A stretch of 63,992 nt of DNA, counting the filler, from Octopus bimaculoides (taxonomy: Eukaryota): NCBI RefSeq assembly GCF_001194135.2. It is 6 parts of 6 records of this genome, joined end to end, with 100 filler letters (N's around TTAATTAATTAA, not from the genome) between each part and the next. Parts side by side here need not be neighbours in the genome. Positions count along the whole stretch, not along the records: positions 37,192 to 57,308 come from NC_068982.1; 5 more parts are not named here. One strand, 5' to 3'. Below the pieces are notes generated by a model, which did not search any database, was not told the DNA's origin, and worked only from the letters and a program-made list of their open reading frames with translations. The position numbers and the translations under genes are program-made. This document shows positions 38,773 to 52,699 of this stretch, piece after piece (the stretch's first letter is position 1; every line of letters begins with the position of its first letter).

Positions 38773-38974
38773 GGTGGTGGTGGTAGTAGTAGTAGTAGTA
38801 ATATTTCTGAGTTCAAATTCTGCCAAGGTCAACTTTGCTAGCTTTTCAGGGTCAATAGAATAAGTACCAGGATTGATAAAGTACCAGGGTCAATGTAATT
38901 GACTTAACCCCTCCCCAAAGTTGCTGGCCTTGTGCCAAAATTTGAAATCATTATTATTATTATTATTGTTATTC

Positions 38975-39270
38975 AGTCTTATTTTTATCATGTGCACTAT
39001 CAAGTGCAGCCCTGTGTGCCTTGGGTATGTGTTGTGGCTTGTTGTGATGCTTTTATTTTCACTGTATTGAAAGTGTTTTATGTAGAATGTTTGCGGTACC
39101 TAGCAGTGCTATTTTCTGTATGTTAGTCCTGGTGTTTTTGCTATGTATTTGAATATTCTTTTATCATATCTAATGCACCTACTATGATAGGAATTGTTTC
39201 TGTTTTTAGACTCCACATTCGAGTTACCTCTATTTCCAGATCTTTGTATTTTGAAAGTTTCTCAGTTTCC
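38975..39270 (-). mobile_element. 3' fragment of an RLE-type (R4/Dong/NeSL-like) non-LTR retrotransposon
   Basis: Peptide KETEKLSKYKDLEIEVTRMWSLKTETIPIIVGAL is typical of the restriction-like endonuclease C-terminus, and the fragment ends at an ATT microsatellite. Confidence 0.7.
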
Positions 39271-40044
39271 TTTAACAACAACAACATCATCGTCGTCGCC
39301 GTCGCTGCCATCATCATTATCATCATCATAATTATTATTATTATTGACTCTGCTCGTGGATTTCAAAGAGGAAGGATGTGTGTTCATGATGAGTGCAGAG
39401 TGATGAAACCATTCTGCATACACTCATACAGTGCCCAAGCATATCTGATATATGGGTTTATGTTGAACACCTGCTGTCATGTATAGGACGTGTCTGCTTG
39501 TCGGCTGATTCCATAATGAGGATTGCCCCACCACCTTCCTTTGGCTGGCAAGGAGAGGCAGTTTTCATGTCTCATGGCTGTAGCGAAAGAGGCTGTGTGG
39601 TGATCTAGACTGAAAGGGCTGAAGACAGATATTTTCCTCTTTGGCCTACCCCTCATCAACGTTTTCAGATACCATCTGAAAAGGAAAGTGAGGGTTGAGA
39701 GAGAAGTGCTAACTTCCAGAAAATTTGTTGAAAGGTGGGTGAATGTGGCAAAGATGGTCTGTGTCAACAGGCCTACTTTGAGCGTGTGCTTTTGAGTTTC
39801 CAAGGCTGTGAGAGAAAGAAAGATGGGGAGAGGGCTCTTGCTCTAGTGGTCGGAGTGCTTGTGGATTTTTTGTGGGGTCTCCATGAGTAACCCTGAGTTG
39901 CTTGTCTCTTTTAGGCTTTTTCTTTCTTATATTTTTCATTGTTATCAACTTTTTACATGACACTTTATGCAACCCCACTTTGTCCTTCAGATTTTGTAAT
40001 GTCCAGTCTTATTTTTGTTGGACCTTGTGACTAATAAAGAAAGG

Positions 40045-40079
<35 letters not shown>

Positions 40080-40690
40080 GGTGGTGAGTTGGCAGAAATC
40101 ATTAGCATGCTGGACAAAATGCTTAGTGGCATTGTGTTCATCATTACATTCAAATTCTTCTGAGATCAACTTTGCCTTTTGTAACAAGTAACAGTTGGGC
40201 ACTAGAATTGATGTTATCAACTAGCCCCTTTACCCAAAATTTCAGGTTTTGCGTCTATAGTATAAAGGATTATTATTATTATTATTATTATTATTATCAT
40301 TATCATTCTTTCAACTCTGATTTTGTTGGAACACCTGGAATCTTCCATAAGTAGTGATTTTGCTACCTGCAGCTCATGATACCATGCTATTTGTTCTCTT
40401 TAACTATCTAATAATTTCCCAACACTATTCCTATTTCCTTTATGTCTCTCTCGCTATCTTTTGATATTATTATCATTATTATTATTAAGGTGGCAAAATT
40501 GTTAGCACGCTGGAGGAAATGCTTAGCAGTATTTTACCCATGATTATGTTCCAAGTTCAAATCCTGCTGAGGTTGACTTTGCCTTTCATCCTCTCAGGGT
40601 TGATAAATTAAGTATCAGTGAAACACTGGGGTTGATATAATCGACTATACCCTCCCTCAAATTTCAGGCTTTGTGCCTATAGTAGAAAGG

Positions 40691-40735
<45 letters not shown>

Positions 40736-40829
40736 TTAAGCATCAGTTTTTTTGTTTTTTTTTACATTGTTGGCACAGCTTAGGGAATTTTTGCTGTAAA
40801 TAATATTCTTACATTAGATAATGTAGTCT

Positions 40830-41170
40830 TACATGTGAGGGTTGGCTGAAAAGTGCATAGGCTGACCAAGATACTCTCATGGAATGTGACCGAATGAGGT
40901 TTATTTTGCAACATAGCACCCCTTGCGGTCAACACATTTCTTCCATTGGTAATGCAATGTTTGGATCCCATCGGTGAGGAAGCTTTCATCCTGTTGGGCA
41001 AAAATGTCATCAACAGCAGATATGACATCATCATCATCACTGCAATATTGGTTCCCAACGAAATGCTTTTTTTCATGTTGAGGAACAGATGATAGTCAGA
41101 TGAGGGTCAAATCAGGAAAATAGGGAGGGTGATCAACCAGTTCAAAGCCAGTCATAAACACAGCAGTCAT
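40830..41170 (-). mobile_element. Mariner transposase 3' remnant with terminal repeat
   Basis: Peptides FELVDHPPYFPDL...DDDVISAVDD...WKKCVDRKG (cf. HPPYSPDLAP). The terminus reads ...cagccaaccctcacatgta. Confidence 0.8.
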
Positions 41171-44100
41171 TGAAACCAAGGACTTGTGGCCGTTGCCAGT
41201 AAGACATTCGAGTGAGATCGTTGCCAGTGCCACTGAACTGGCTCTTGTGCAGGTGGCACACAAAATACACCATTTTGAGCATGGCCGTGCAGGTGGCACG
41301 TAAAAGCACCCACTACACTCTCGGAGTGGTTGGCATTAGAAAGGGCATCCAGCTGTAGAAACTCTGAGTGGACTGGAGAAACATGAAATGAAGTATTTTG
41401 CTCAAGAACACAATGCATTGCCCCGTCCAGGAACTGAAACCACAATCTTACGATCATGAGTCCAACACCCTAACCACTAAGCCACACGCCTCCACCATGG
41501 TCAAGAGTGGAATGTCTTTAAGTCAACTGGATCGTTGCAGACATGGGGCCAAACAATAACAACTACCACCACTACCACTACCATCATCCAACACCACAAC
41601 CACTGCCGTTGCTGCTCCCACCACCATCACTACCTGAAAATAGGAGAGAAAATATGAATTGAAATAAAAATACAAAGTAGTTTATTTCATTTTTCTGTTA
41701 CTTGTTATCTGCTTAACTAGAGTGTAAAATCAATGACAACTGAAGGTATTGTTTAGTGATAACAAGTCTGGGGTTACGGTGGTGCCAATTTTGTTGTTGT
41801 TGTTGTTGTCATTAATGCTGTTGTTGTTAATGATAAAATAATAACTATGAAGACAATAACAAAGATTCCAGTAGCTTTATTATCATCAGGGTTGCAATAA
41901 CTAATCAGAATGATGATAGTGATGATGATGGTGATAATGATAGTGGTGATGGTGGTAGTGGTGGTGATGATAATGATGGTAAAGACAATGATGATAATTA
42001 TGAGTGATAAAGATGATGATGATGATGATGAAGAGGACTGCTACGGAGTTAACACTGATGAAGGCGATGGGAAAATTTTCGTATAATTCACTGCAAAACT
42101 TCTTAAAAGAAATCCAGCTGTCCCCAATCAATACATTGATTTTTGTTCTTTCGTCTTTCACTCTTGGCATAGAGGCAGAAATGGAATTTATCCATCAAAT
42201 GAGAGGAGATGCTTTGGTAAGAATGAGGAAAATCAGAGCATTTCTGTAAATCAGTTTAATGGACAAAGCAGACTGATTCAGAAATATTGGTGAAAATAAC
42301 TAAAATAGTACAACACATACTTGGATGTTTCTGTTTTGTATGATAATGCAGTGCAGTGCAGCCATGATTATTATTATTGTTATTGTTATTATTGTTGTTG
42401 TTAATCTGCTGCTACTAACGATATGAGTAAAAACCAAATGTTGGTTAACTATGCTTTCTCTTCATGAAGATTATACTTACCTACCTACCTACCTATACAT
42501 GCACACACACACACACACACACACACAGAGGCATGGCTGTGTGGCAAGAAACTTGCTTACCAGCCACATGGTTTCAGGTTCAGTTATACTGCATGCCACC
42601 TAGAATAAGTCCTGGGGTCGATTTGTTCAACTAAAGGCGGTGCTCACCAGTTGAAGTGAGAAAGACCAGTGGAGTGTACCTTACACAAAAAAAATACACA
42701 AAAACAAGGAAGAGTTGGCATCAAGAAGGCCATACAACTGTAGGATACTGGCTCAAGGAGTCTTGTATAAACCAAATTCAGCATGGAAAAAAGCAGGTGG
42801 TAATGAAACAATGATGATGATGATATATATGTATTTTAGGCTTAGAATTTCACTTCATAACCATGTAATTCAGGTTCAGTCCTACTGCATGACACCATTG
42901 GCAAGTGTCTTCTACTATAGCCCTGGGCTGACTAAAGCTTTGTGAGTGGGTCTGAAAGATAGAAACATTATATATATCATCATCATCATCATTTAATATC
43001 TACTTTTCTATGCTTCCATGGTCAGACAGAATTTGCTGAGGCAGGATTTTTACAACCTGATGCCCTTCTTGTTGCCAGCTTTTATCTGTTTCAGTATGGT
43101 AGTATTTCGAGAATATATTTCTATGGAAATTAAAAGTTTCTAATCTCAAATTGTAGTGATGTGAATCAGGGCAATTTTGAAGAAGAGAGATTTAAAGATG
43201 TCAATACTACAAGTCACTATAAGTTTATAAATGAGCCAACACACCCCAGTAGTAACATATTACATTTAACCAGTTAGCATTTAAACAGGCCATAGCCAGC
43301 CCAAATATGCTACCTGTTTTATGTTCAAACCAGCCAGATCTGGCCTCCCACACTCACTCTACAATGTCATTCTAAAAATAAACAATCACATCATTAATAT
43401 CTTGAAGCTATGAAACAATGCATGATTAATGTAAAACAATGTGAACAAATAAGTAGGACATTTGATAGAGTAATCTGAATACTAAACTGCTAATCTTTAC
43501 AAATAACCCATTTCTTATCTCTAAAACTTGTAATGAGTGACACTAATAAAGTCTCTGATCGTTTTGGTATAATTTTTGAGATTATGAGAAAAAATAATTG
43601 TCATTAGTTCTACTTCCTAAAAATCATTATCTTCATTTTCTTAAAGCTTATTACCATTGTATTTCTTAAAAATTCACAAATATAAATTAGCCTCAATATT
43701 TTCCTTCTTGGAAATTTGTAAAAATTTTTGATAATATTATTTAATATTTGTTTTACTTTAAGGCAGTGAACTGGCAGAATCATAAGCATGTTGGGCGAAA
43801 TGTTTAGCAGCATTTTGTCTGCCTTCACATTCTGAGTCCAAATTCCACCGATGTTGACTTTGCCTTTCATCCTTTTAGAGCTGATAAACTAGGTACCAGA
43901 TGAGTACTGGAGTTGATGTAATCAAGTTACCCCTCCCCTGAAATTGTTAGCCTTGAGCCAAAATTTGAAATCCCTAAAACCATATTAAAAGGTTATCAGA
44001 TACTGTAAAAGTGCAAAGAAAAAAAAACAGTAGCAACTTACCATTCATGAAACTCTATGCCCTTGAATCAGTTTATAATTTTTATTGAATAAAAATAACC

Positions 44101-44872
44101 TACTCAACCACACCTCCCTCCCTCTCACTCTCATCCTTCTCTTGCCTAGTGTATCAATATTACTATTCTGTTGCTCTTCACGCATATGCATCATCAGACA
44201 CCATCCTCACCCCTTATCCACCATTCACTACATCCACCTCTCAACACTTGTTCTCCATTCACTGTATTCACACACCACTCATCTATTCCCATTTCTCACT
44301 CTCCAATACACATTTGCAACATCTACTCACCCTCACTCCTGGTTCATCTACCTTCACTTCTCTCACCTCCTACCTTGAAGGTTTCCTCAGAAACCTCATC
44401 ACCACTATTTGTATCTATTCTCAGTTCTACATCAATCACTCCCAAACTCTTTTCTGAAATATAAGTAACCATGTAACTCCTCTAGCAAGAAACCTGTTTC
44501 ACTCTAGCTCCTTCTCTCATATTTAAACTCTTCATCTTCTAAAATAAATTTGCTTCACCTAAAGTTTGTAGTCCTGAAAACTACACAGGTAACCTCACTA
44601 GTGCTGGTGGCAAGAAAAGCATCCAGTGTACATTGTTAGTGTTAGGAGGTGCATCCAACTGTAGAATCTAGTCCTGGCCCCATCATATCCTGTTGAACTG
44701 TCCAACTCATGCTAGCAAGGAACAGGAATGTTAAATGAAGATATACATACATATATATATGTATATATTTGGACAAAAAAGTTATCTTGAAATGGGGAAA
44801 GTGTGTATTATTTATGTGGTGTCCCTATGGGACACCATAAGGATGGGGTATGTGATATTGGGGGGGTGTATG

Positions 44873-44923
<51 letters not shown>

Positions 44924-44970
44924 ATGCATGCATATATACATACACATATATATATATAGATAGGTAGATA

Positions 44971-45626
44971 GATATAGGGTAAAAATTAATAATTAATTAA
45001 TAATTGGTAATTTTACCAAGTAGTTTGGTGTGTTAAAAAACCATTATCGGTAAACTTATATAAGCATAATTAAAATTAGGGTTCATCAAGAATTGCTTCA
45101 CCACACACCGAAAATTAGAAATAGCAGTCAAAACTATTATTTCTGTACCAAAATATAACTCCCAGACAGCAATACTTGCAATCACAAAGGCAAAAAAGGA
45201 AAAAATAACGAAATCACCCGACTTTGATTAACTGTATACGTGTTTCAGGATGACAAGAGGTGTAAATTATATTACCCGAACTAACCTTCCTTCATCAGTA
45301 CAGTATTTCAAAATTATAAATCCAAGAATGCTAATAAAAGAATAATTAATTCGATCCGGCGACCTCAAATGATTATCCAGGAACAGCATTTCCAAATTCA
45401 TATAGACGAGTAAGGAAATCGTATCATTCCTCAATTACCCACGTGCACTACGAGTAATCCCGCAGAAACTGCAGTTTACTAATTTTCGGTGTGTGGTGAA
45501 GTAATTCTTACTGAACTCTAATTTTAATTATGTTTATATAAGTTTACCGATAATGGTTTTTTAACACACTGAACTACTTGGTAAAATTACTAATTATTAA
45601 TTAATTATTAATTTTTACCCTATATC
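44971..45626. mobile_element. MITE with about 160-bp terminal inverted repeats
   Basis: gatatagggtaaaaattaataattaattaat...cacaccgaaaattag pairs with ctaattttcggtgtg...attaattaattattaatttttaccctatatc. Confidence 0.88.
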
Positions 45627-45763
45627 TGTAAGAATTTATTTACTCCCTGATAGTAAACTGCAGTTTCTGCGGGATTACTCGTGTAATTATTTGGTGTCCA
45701 ATGAAGTAAAGATACGAATAAGTGAGCTGGCTACACTTCTGGCAGAGGTCACAGATTATGCTC

Positions 45764-45998
45764 TCACTTGCCTTGCCGAGTCTTCTCACGTACAGCATAT
45801 TTCCAAATGTCCCGGTCACTGGTCATTGACTCGGTGAGGCCTAAAGTTCGAAGGTCGTGCTTCACCACCTCATCCCAGGTCTTCCTGGGTCTACCTCTTC
45901 CACAGGTTCCCTCAACTGCTAGGGTGTGGCACTTTTTCACACAGCTATCCTCATCCATTCTTGCCACATGTCCATACCAGCGCAATCGTCTCTCCTGC
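45764..45998 (-). mobile_element. RTE-clade LINE 3' end (runs into a gap)
   Basis: Uninterrupted frame QERRLRWYGHVARMDEDSCVKKC...RGRPRKTW, containing the RLRW.GHV.RM and GRPR..W motifs. Confidence 0.9.
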
Positions 45999-46753
45999 NN
46001 NNNNNNNNNNNNNNNNNNNNNNNNNNNNNNNNNNNNNNNNNNNNNNNNNNNNNNNNNNNNNNNNNNNNNNNNNNNNNNNNNNNNNNNNNNNNNNNNNNNN
46101 NNNNNNNNNNNNNNNNNNNNNNNNNNNNNNNNNNNNNNNNNNNNNNNNNNNNNNNNNNNNNNNNNNNNNNNNNNNNNNNNNNNNNNNNNNNNNNNNNNNN
46201 NNNNNNNNNNNNNNNNNNNNNNNNNNNNNNNNNNNNNNNNNNNNNNNNNNNNNNNNNNNNNNNNNNNNNNNNNNNNNNNNNNNNNNNNNNNNNNNNNNNN
46301 NNNNNNNNNNNNNNNNNNNNNNNNNNNNNNNNNNNNNNNNNNNNNNNNNNNNNNNNNNNNNNNNNNNNNNNGGAGTGTGGCAAAGGTTGTTTTCTGCACA
46401 TTTTCAGTGTTTATTGCTCCTGAGCATCTGCCACATACAAAAACTATCTTGCTAGTTAACCTTCCTTTGATATTGCTACACCTCTTATGTGTCCATAGCT
46501 TACACTGGGTACATCTTATGGAGTTTCTACCTACGTCTTTTCTACAGATCGAAAACTATTTTCATTTACATGTATTCTATGTAATCTCAACAACCAACTA
46601 TAGTTATTTGAAAGACACTACTCTACAATGACCAGGTTTCATTAGAAACTGAAAATAGTTTCACACTTTCAATTTCAACCAAAATTACAGTGTTGCATTA
46701 CAGGAGTGACGATGTTTCAATAATGAAAATAATGTTTTGCCAAATTAATCACA

Positions 46754-48419
46754 TCTGTACTATAATAAAGAGAGTTGCTTATCATCTATAATGTGATAAG
46801 GCTATAATATTGTTTCACTTTCATTCTTTCACTTTTAATTCTAATGTGATAACATTAAGATCATCTTATTTCTATTATACTTGAAATAAATGAATAATTT
46901 ACATCTTAATATGAACAACATTATACATCAGCAACTTTCCGGCCACCACAGCAGAATGGTGTGTCAGAGTATGTGTTCACTGACATAATGAATGGCTGGA
47001 GGTGAAACTCTTGACAAAAAATAATGAGGTGGCAGGTCCAAGGTATATAAAAATACACATTTACCATTTAATTACCAGTTAATAATTATTGCAGCAGTTG
47101 CAAGGTATTTACAGTTACATATTTATCCTTAAATTAACATTTAATACATGTGCTTAATATATATATATATTAAGAAATTTATCTATAATAATTATTGTGG
47201 TATTTACCGTTAAATTAGCAGTTCATACATGTGCTTGTATTTGGTTAATTTATACTGCATACAAAAATAAAAACATACTATATACAACTGCTTACAAAAA
47301 TAGGGATTAATGTATAATTTCTTTCTATGTTCATAATTTTTTGTTTACAATATTGAAAAAAATATGCCACCAAAGAAAAAAACGTGATTTCTCCAGAAAC
47401 AAGTATAAAGCAAGGAGGATTGTAGAAAACTGAAGGCAAGAGTCTGAAGAGAGAAGCAAGATGAGATTTTCTCAAGATCAACAAAGGCATGCTGCAGCAT
47501 GTCGGATGGAGTCTCAAGAGAGAAGGGAGATGAGACTCCCAAGATCAGCAAATGCATGCTGCAGTACTTAATGCTGGATCATTGAATCAATGTTTTAATG
47601 ATTAGATAAGAGGTCCAATAGAATAGCTCTCAGAAACTGACTATGTACAAATTTGTTCTTCACAACTCCTGAAGCTGTTTTTATATATGATCCATCCCAT
47701 TCTTATCAAAATGATAACTCTGTCCAAATTGGTAAGCTAAACACAAATTGTCATTTCTGTAGAGGTTTAAAATTTTCAAATGAAACAAATGGTATGTGCT
47801 GTTCAGGCGGTCAAGTAACATTGCCAGTACTACCAGCTCTTTCTCCACCTCTTATACATCTTCTAGAAGGCACTTCCATCCAGTCAAAGGATTTTCTGAA
47901 CAATATCAGACACTACAACTCTGCATTTCAAATGACATCGTTTACTGCATCTAAGAAGATAGTTAAACATGAATTCACACCAACGTCAAAGTTCAAGGGC
48001 AAGTCTATCACTTCATTGGTTCCCTGTTACCCACAAATAAACAACCACATTTCCTCCAAATTTACTTTATGAGTCTTGTAGAACAACAAACCCAAAGGAG
48101 GTGTCAAAATTTCAGATGATGGGTCGTGTTAGACACAGTGCCAACTGCTGCAAAAGAGAGTATATCCACTGACAGCTTTTTGGTATGTTCAAAAATCACA
48201 TAACTCGCCACCCCACAATTTTCCATGACAGGTTAGGGCCTGAAATACTCCAAACAGACACATAGCATATTGCTTAGTCAAATTAGCCCATCATTTACTT
48301 CACTAATGTTTTGCTGTCAATGCTGCACTTTCCCATATCACCTGTTTCAACATACCCGTAACATATTATATACAAACTATACCATTTTAATCCCAAGCAA
48401 TGCAGAGTATCTCTGCTAG
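46754..48419 (+). mobile_element. Internally deleted Helitron with a Rep N-terminal coding remnant
   Basis: Candidate 5' end A|TCTGTACTATAAT at 46754 (alternative A|TCTATAATA at 47182). MPPKKK start at 47364, and track ORF 47653-48072 (CHFCRGLKF..E..GMCCSGGQV.LP...FL.NIR.YNSAFQMTSF). The 3' end is CTAG|T at 48416-48420, preceded by a decayed hairpin. Confidence 0.8.
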
Positions 48420-48690
48420 TTATATATATATATATATAAATTATATGTATTTATTCTTACGTTTAAGATGATCCCCATACATTTCCCTGAGGAGAAGTTT
48501 ACATTTTTAACATCGACGATTCCTATGGATCGCATAAATTGTAATTCTTCGAAACATATGTTGGAATAAAGTATGCAGTTATAACATGCGGTCACTCCAT
48601 TCTATGTATGTATGTATGTATGTATGTATGCATGCATGCATGCATGCATGCATGCATGTATGTATGTATGTATGTATGTATGTATGTATG

Positions 48691-48723
<33 letters not shown>

Positions 48724-48968
48724 TCCTCTTAAAGGGATATAAGCATTCAAGTTCCCAAGTTATATCCAGTGTATCAGTGAAAAACCAAAAGATGTTAGTT
48801 TCGCATTGATGGATAGAGGTAAATTATCCTTTATGTATGAGAAAAAGAAAACGGAGAAATTGACATAGAGATATCAATTTATTAAAACAAATTCAATTCT
48901 GAACAATATCAAACTCATAGAACCTACAGTTGTTTGATATTGTTTTTCCGTAACCCTAAACACGCGGG

Positions 48969-49039
48969 TTAGGGATAGGGTTAGGGATAGGGTTAGGGTT
49001 AGGGACAGGGTTAGGGTTAGGGATAGGGATAGGGTTAGG
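48969..49039 (+). repeat. Interstitial telomere-like repeat (TTAGGG with ATAGGG/ACAGGG variants), about 12 units
   Basis: Direct reading: ttagggatagggttagggatagggttagggttagggacagggttagggttagggatagggatagggttagg. Confidence 0.9.
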
Positions 49040-52000
49040 ATCGACCACTCAAGACTAGCTAGCGCGGACGCGCGACTGCGCGTTCGGGTCCGCGCTGCTT
49101 TAGTAGTAACCTAAATTTAAAGTACAGTTAACCTCTGTATAACAGATTTCGGATTTAACACATCGGATAATAATAACAATACATTGACAAATAATGATTT
49201 TAATTATATGAATGGTGAGCTGTAGGTATAAATTTGAGAGACGGAGAAAGAGGTGGGAGAGAAATGTTGCATAGAGCAATATGGAAAGGTGGGGGTGACG
49301 AAGCACAAAAACAATAAAAAGCAACTAACAGAAAAGAAAGACGGTAAAGAACGGCCAAGATAAAATGTTATGTATGAGCGAGAGATCGTAAAAGTAAGAT
49401 CATGCAAACGTGTGTGTGAGTGAGAAATTGTAAAAGTAAGATTATGCAAACATATGTGTGTGAGTGAGAGAGAGAGAAGGGGGGGGGTCTCCTAGGTTAC
49501 GGTTTCCTTCAATTTAATGAACTTTCGATATTATTTGACACGCTTTCTCTCCCATTGGGGTTTTTATTGTATTTTCTGTTTTATTTCTTTTAACGACGTT
49601 GAAATAAGAAATAACTCTAAAATTTTAATATAATTAGTCTTAATTAGTGACGAAACAATAAGCAGGACTTTCTTTAGTATCTATACATGATTGTGGATAG
49701 TTTGCACAAAACATCGAGATATCGTTTCGTGGTTGTCTGTATACAATTAAGAAGAAATAGATCACATTTGTTGCGTGCTTTCTATATTGTTATCTTCAAG
49801 TAAATCTCCTGCAAATTTTGGCTGACAGAATCAGTAAAGTAAATGTCTTGTGATATTATTTAGTTATGCCAGTGTCCGTTCTAAATTCAAATAATCCTGG
49901 TGTCGACTTTGCATTTCATTATTACGGTAGAAGTACAGGGTCGATGTCATCGCTTTTTATCTTCCCACCAAATCTATAGACTTATACCAATGCCAGGAAT
50001 TATTAGTTTAGATGTTCTAAGTAGATTACAACCGTTATGTTTACACACACACCGCGCTTATGTCTATTGGATCCATGCGAATTGAACACCCCCCCCCCAC
50101 CAACCTATGACAGCGTGCGGGTACGTGTGGAAAATATGTGAATGCATGCTTAGCACTTTAAATAACTAGGTCTCTGAAACACGCATTATGACCATCTTAG
50201 AAAATAGACGAGATTATAACAGTGCATGTTGATCATTCACTTGTATTAGTATTTATAATTCCAATATACTAATAGTTAAAAACACACCGTTAGATTATTT
50301 AGAGCATACCGGTTATGTAAGGTTTCATCTCTGATAAATTACGATGTTCAAAAGTTGGTAAGCATTAATCAAAAGATAAAGTGTAACAGTGAAAGGGAAC
50401 ATAACTGAAATAAACATTATTCTACATAAAAGACATTAGGACACACGGACCAATTATGCTAATTGCATTACCGTGTCTTCAACATTGGACGTGATCATAA
50501 GTGTATCTATTTCAATTCAAACACGCAAAGTAGTTACCTTATATACACAGACACGTATGGGTACATTCGTGTGTGCGTGTGTGTGCGCGCGTGCATGCGT
50601 GGGTGGGTTGCGTCATACGAAATACTTTGCTGTATTTCTTCCGGCTCGTTACGTTCTGAGTTCAAAACCTGTTGACATTGCCTTTTATCTTTTTGGGGTC
50701 GATAAAATAAGTACTCCTCCGGTACTGGTTTCCTAAGTGACGATGTTATTCGCCTTCTTTTTTTTTTATCCTAGTGGTTGTGTTGGTGAATGACGTCGTC
50801 TAATACCAAAGGATTACCGACTTAGCCCTTCCGCTCAAAACTGCTAGCCTTGTGCCAAAATTTGAAATATTTCAATTTAATCACAAGATAATTTACATTA
50901 TACACACATACACACACACGTGTGTGTGTGAGTGCATGTGAGTGTGAGTGCATGTGAGTGTGAGTGCATGTGAGTGCGTGCACGGTTTCATACAAATTGC
51001 GTTGCTATTAAAGTGCCAGCCAAATATTGGAGGCTAACCCTGCCACCAAATTTGCTAGCCGTGTGCCAAAATTTGAAACTATTATCATTAATACGCAGCG
51101 GACAAAATGCTTAGCGGCATTTCTTCCGGGGTTTATGTTCTGTGTTCAAATCGTACGGAGCTCAACTCGTCTTTCATCCTTTAGAGATCAATAAAATAAG
51201 GTACCAGTCAAGTACTTGAGGTACCGGCAAATCTCTCAAATTTGCTGGCCTTGTGCCAACATTCCAAACATTATTATCAGTAATAAATGTTCACAATGAA
51301 ATTTTGCCGATTGCTGGTTTCTCAAGACACCACAATCATTGTATCGAGTTCTTTATCCAGTGACTGTACAAAGGTTTACGAACCTATACAATAAACAAAT
51401 GTACGTATGTGTGAATATATATGTTCAGGTACGCATGAACAGGTATGTACATATATGTAGGTATGTACATATATGTAGGTATGTGTACGTTTGTACGTAT
51501 GCGTGTTTCTGTGTGTAGAAGAAAGAAAGCCAGCAAAAGAGGGAACCTGAATGTGATTGCTTGACCAGCTATCCAAATCTCCCTCAAATCATACACCCTA
51601 CTGTCTTTTATAAAGTGAACGGACATTGAACTAATAATGTGGTCCTTACTCCAACTGCTGTTCGATCTGAGCTGGACAACGATTAGCCGAAGGTTCCTAT
51701 TGTCTTACAAAAAAAAAAAAAACCAATGACACGTTGGATTATGTCGTTTTAGATATATCGTATCTGAACACAAGTTGAATGGGCCAAAACAAGGTACAAG
51801 AAAGGAAAAGCCCACTTACCGTGCCTGAAGGTGACTGCTGACTGTTGAAAGTAACACTACAGTTATCTCCCTGCTACTATTGACTGATACATACGCACGC
51901 GTTTAGCATCATTTATCTAAAGTTGCTTCATGTCAATTAGACTGATTCACAACTTCATCCACTGCGCTGTGACAATTATGGAGAGAAATAGATAAATCGC

Positions 52001-52258
52001 GTTGTTATTTTCTTCTTGTAATAACCATCTTCTCCTTCTTCTACAATATTAGGAAATATTTAATTTATACTTACGCACATGAAGACAAACCTTTATGCAT
52101 GGACAGAAAAATGCGTGTGTGTGTGTTCACAAGCCATGATATCAAAATCACTGAGGTCAACTTTGTCTTACATAATTTATATTCCAGTAATGAATCCTTG
52201 ATGTGAATGGAATTAAAGTGGGTATCAAGACCAGGCATACATTGAAAACTACATTGCA

Positions 52259-52289
<31 letters not shown>

Positions 52290-52593
52290 GGCGTAGGAGT
52301 GGCTGTGTGGTAAGTAGCTTGCTTACCGACCACATGGTTCCGGGTTCAGTCCCACTGCGTGGCACCTTGGGCAAGTGTCTTCTACTATAGCCTCGGGCCG
52401 ACCAAAGCCTTGTGAGTGGATTTGGTAGACGGAAACTGAAAGAAGCCCGTCGTATATATGTATATATAGGTATATATATGTTTGTGTGTCTGTGTTTGAC
52501 AACCGATGCTGGTGTGTTTATGTCCCCGTAACTTAGCGGTTCGGCAAACGAGACCGAAAGAATAAGTACTAGGCTTACAAAGAATAAGTCCTG
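52290..52593 (+). mobile_element. CpG-intact tRNA-derived SINE (truncated by a gap)
   Basis: ggcgtaggagtggctgtgtggtaag...ggttcagtcc (A-box- and B-box-like head), colinear with the other family copies. Confidence 0.9.
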
Positions 52594-52699
52594 NNNNNNN
52601 NNNNNNNNNNNNNNNNNNNNNNNNNNNNNNNNNNNNNNNNNNNNNNNNNNNNNNNNNNNNNNNNNNNNNNNNNNNNNNNNNNNNNNNNNNNNNNNNNNN

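Noticed and set aside
48969-49039. True telomere or chromosome-fusion site
   Set aside because: The tract is only about 70 bp, degenerate, in a single orientation, and embedded in an element-like structure.
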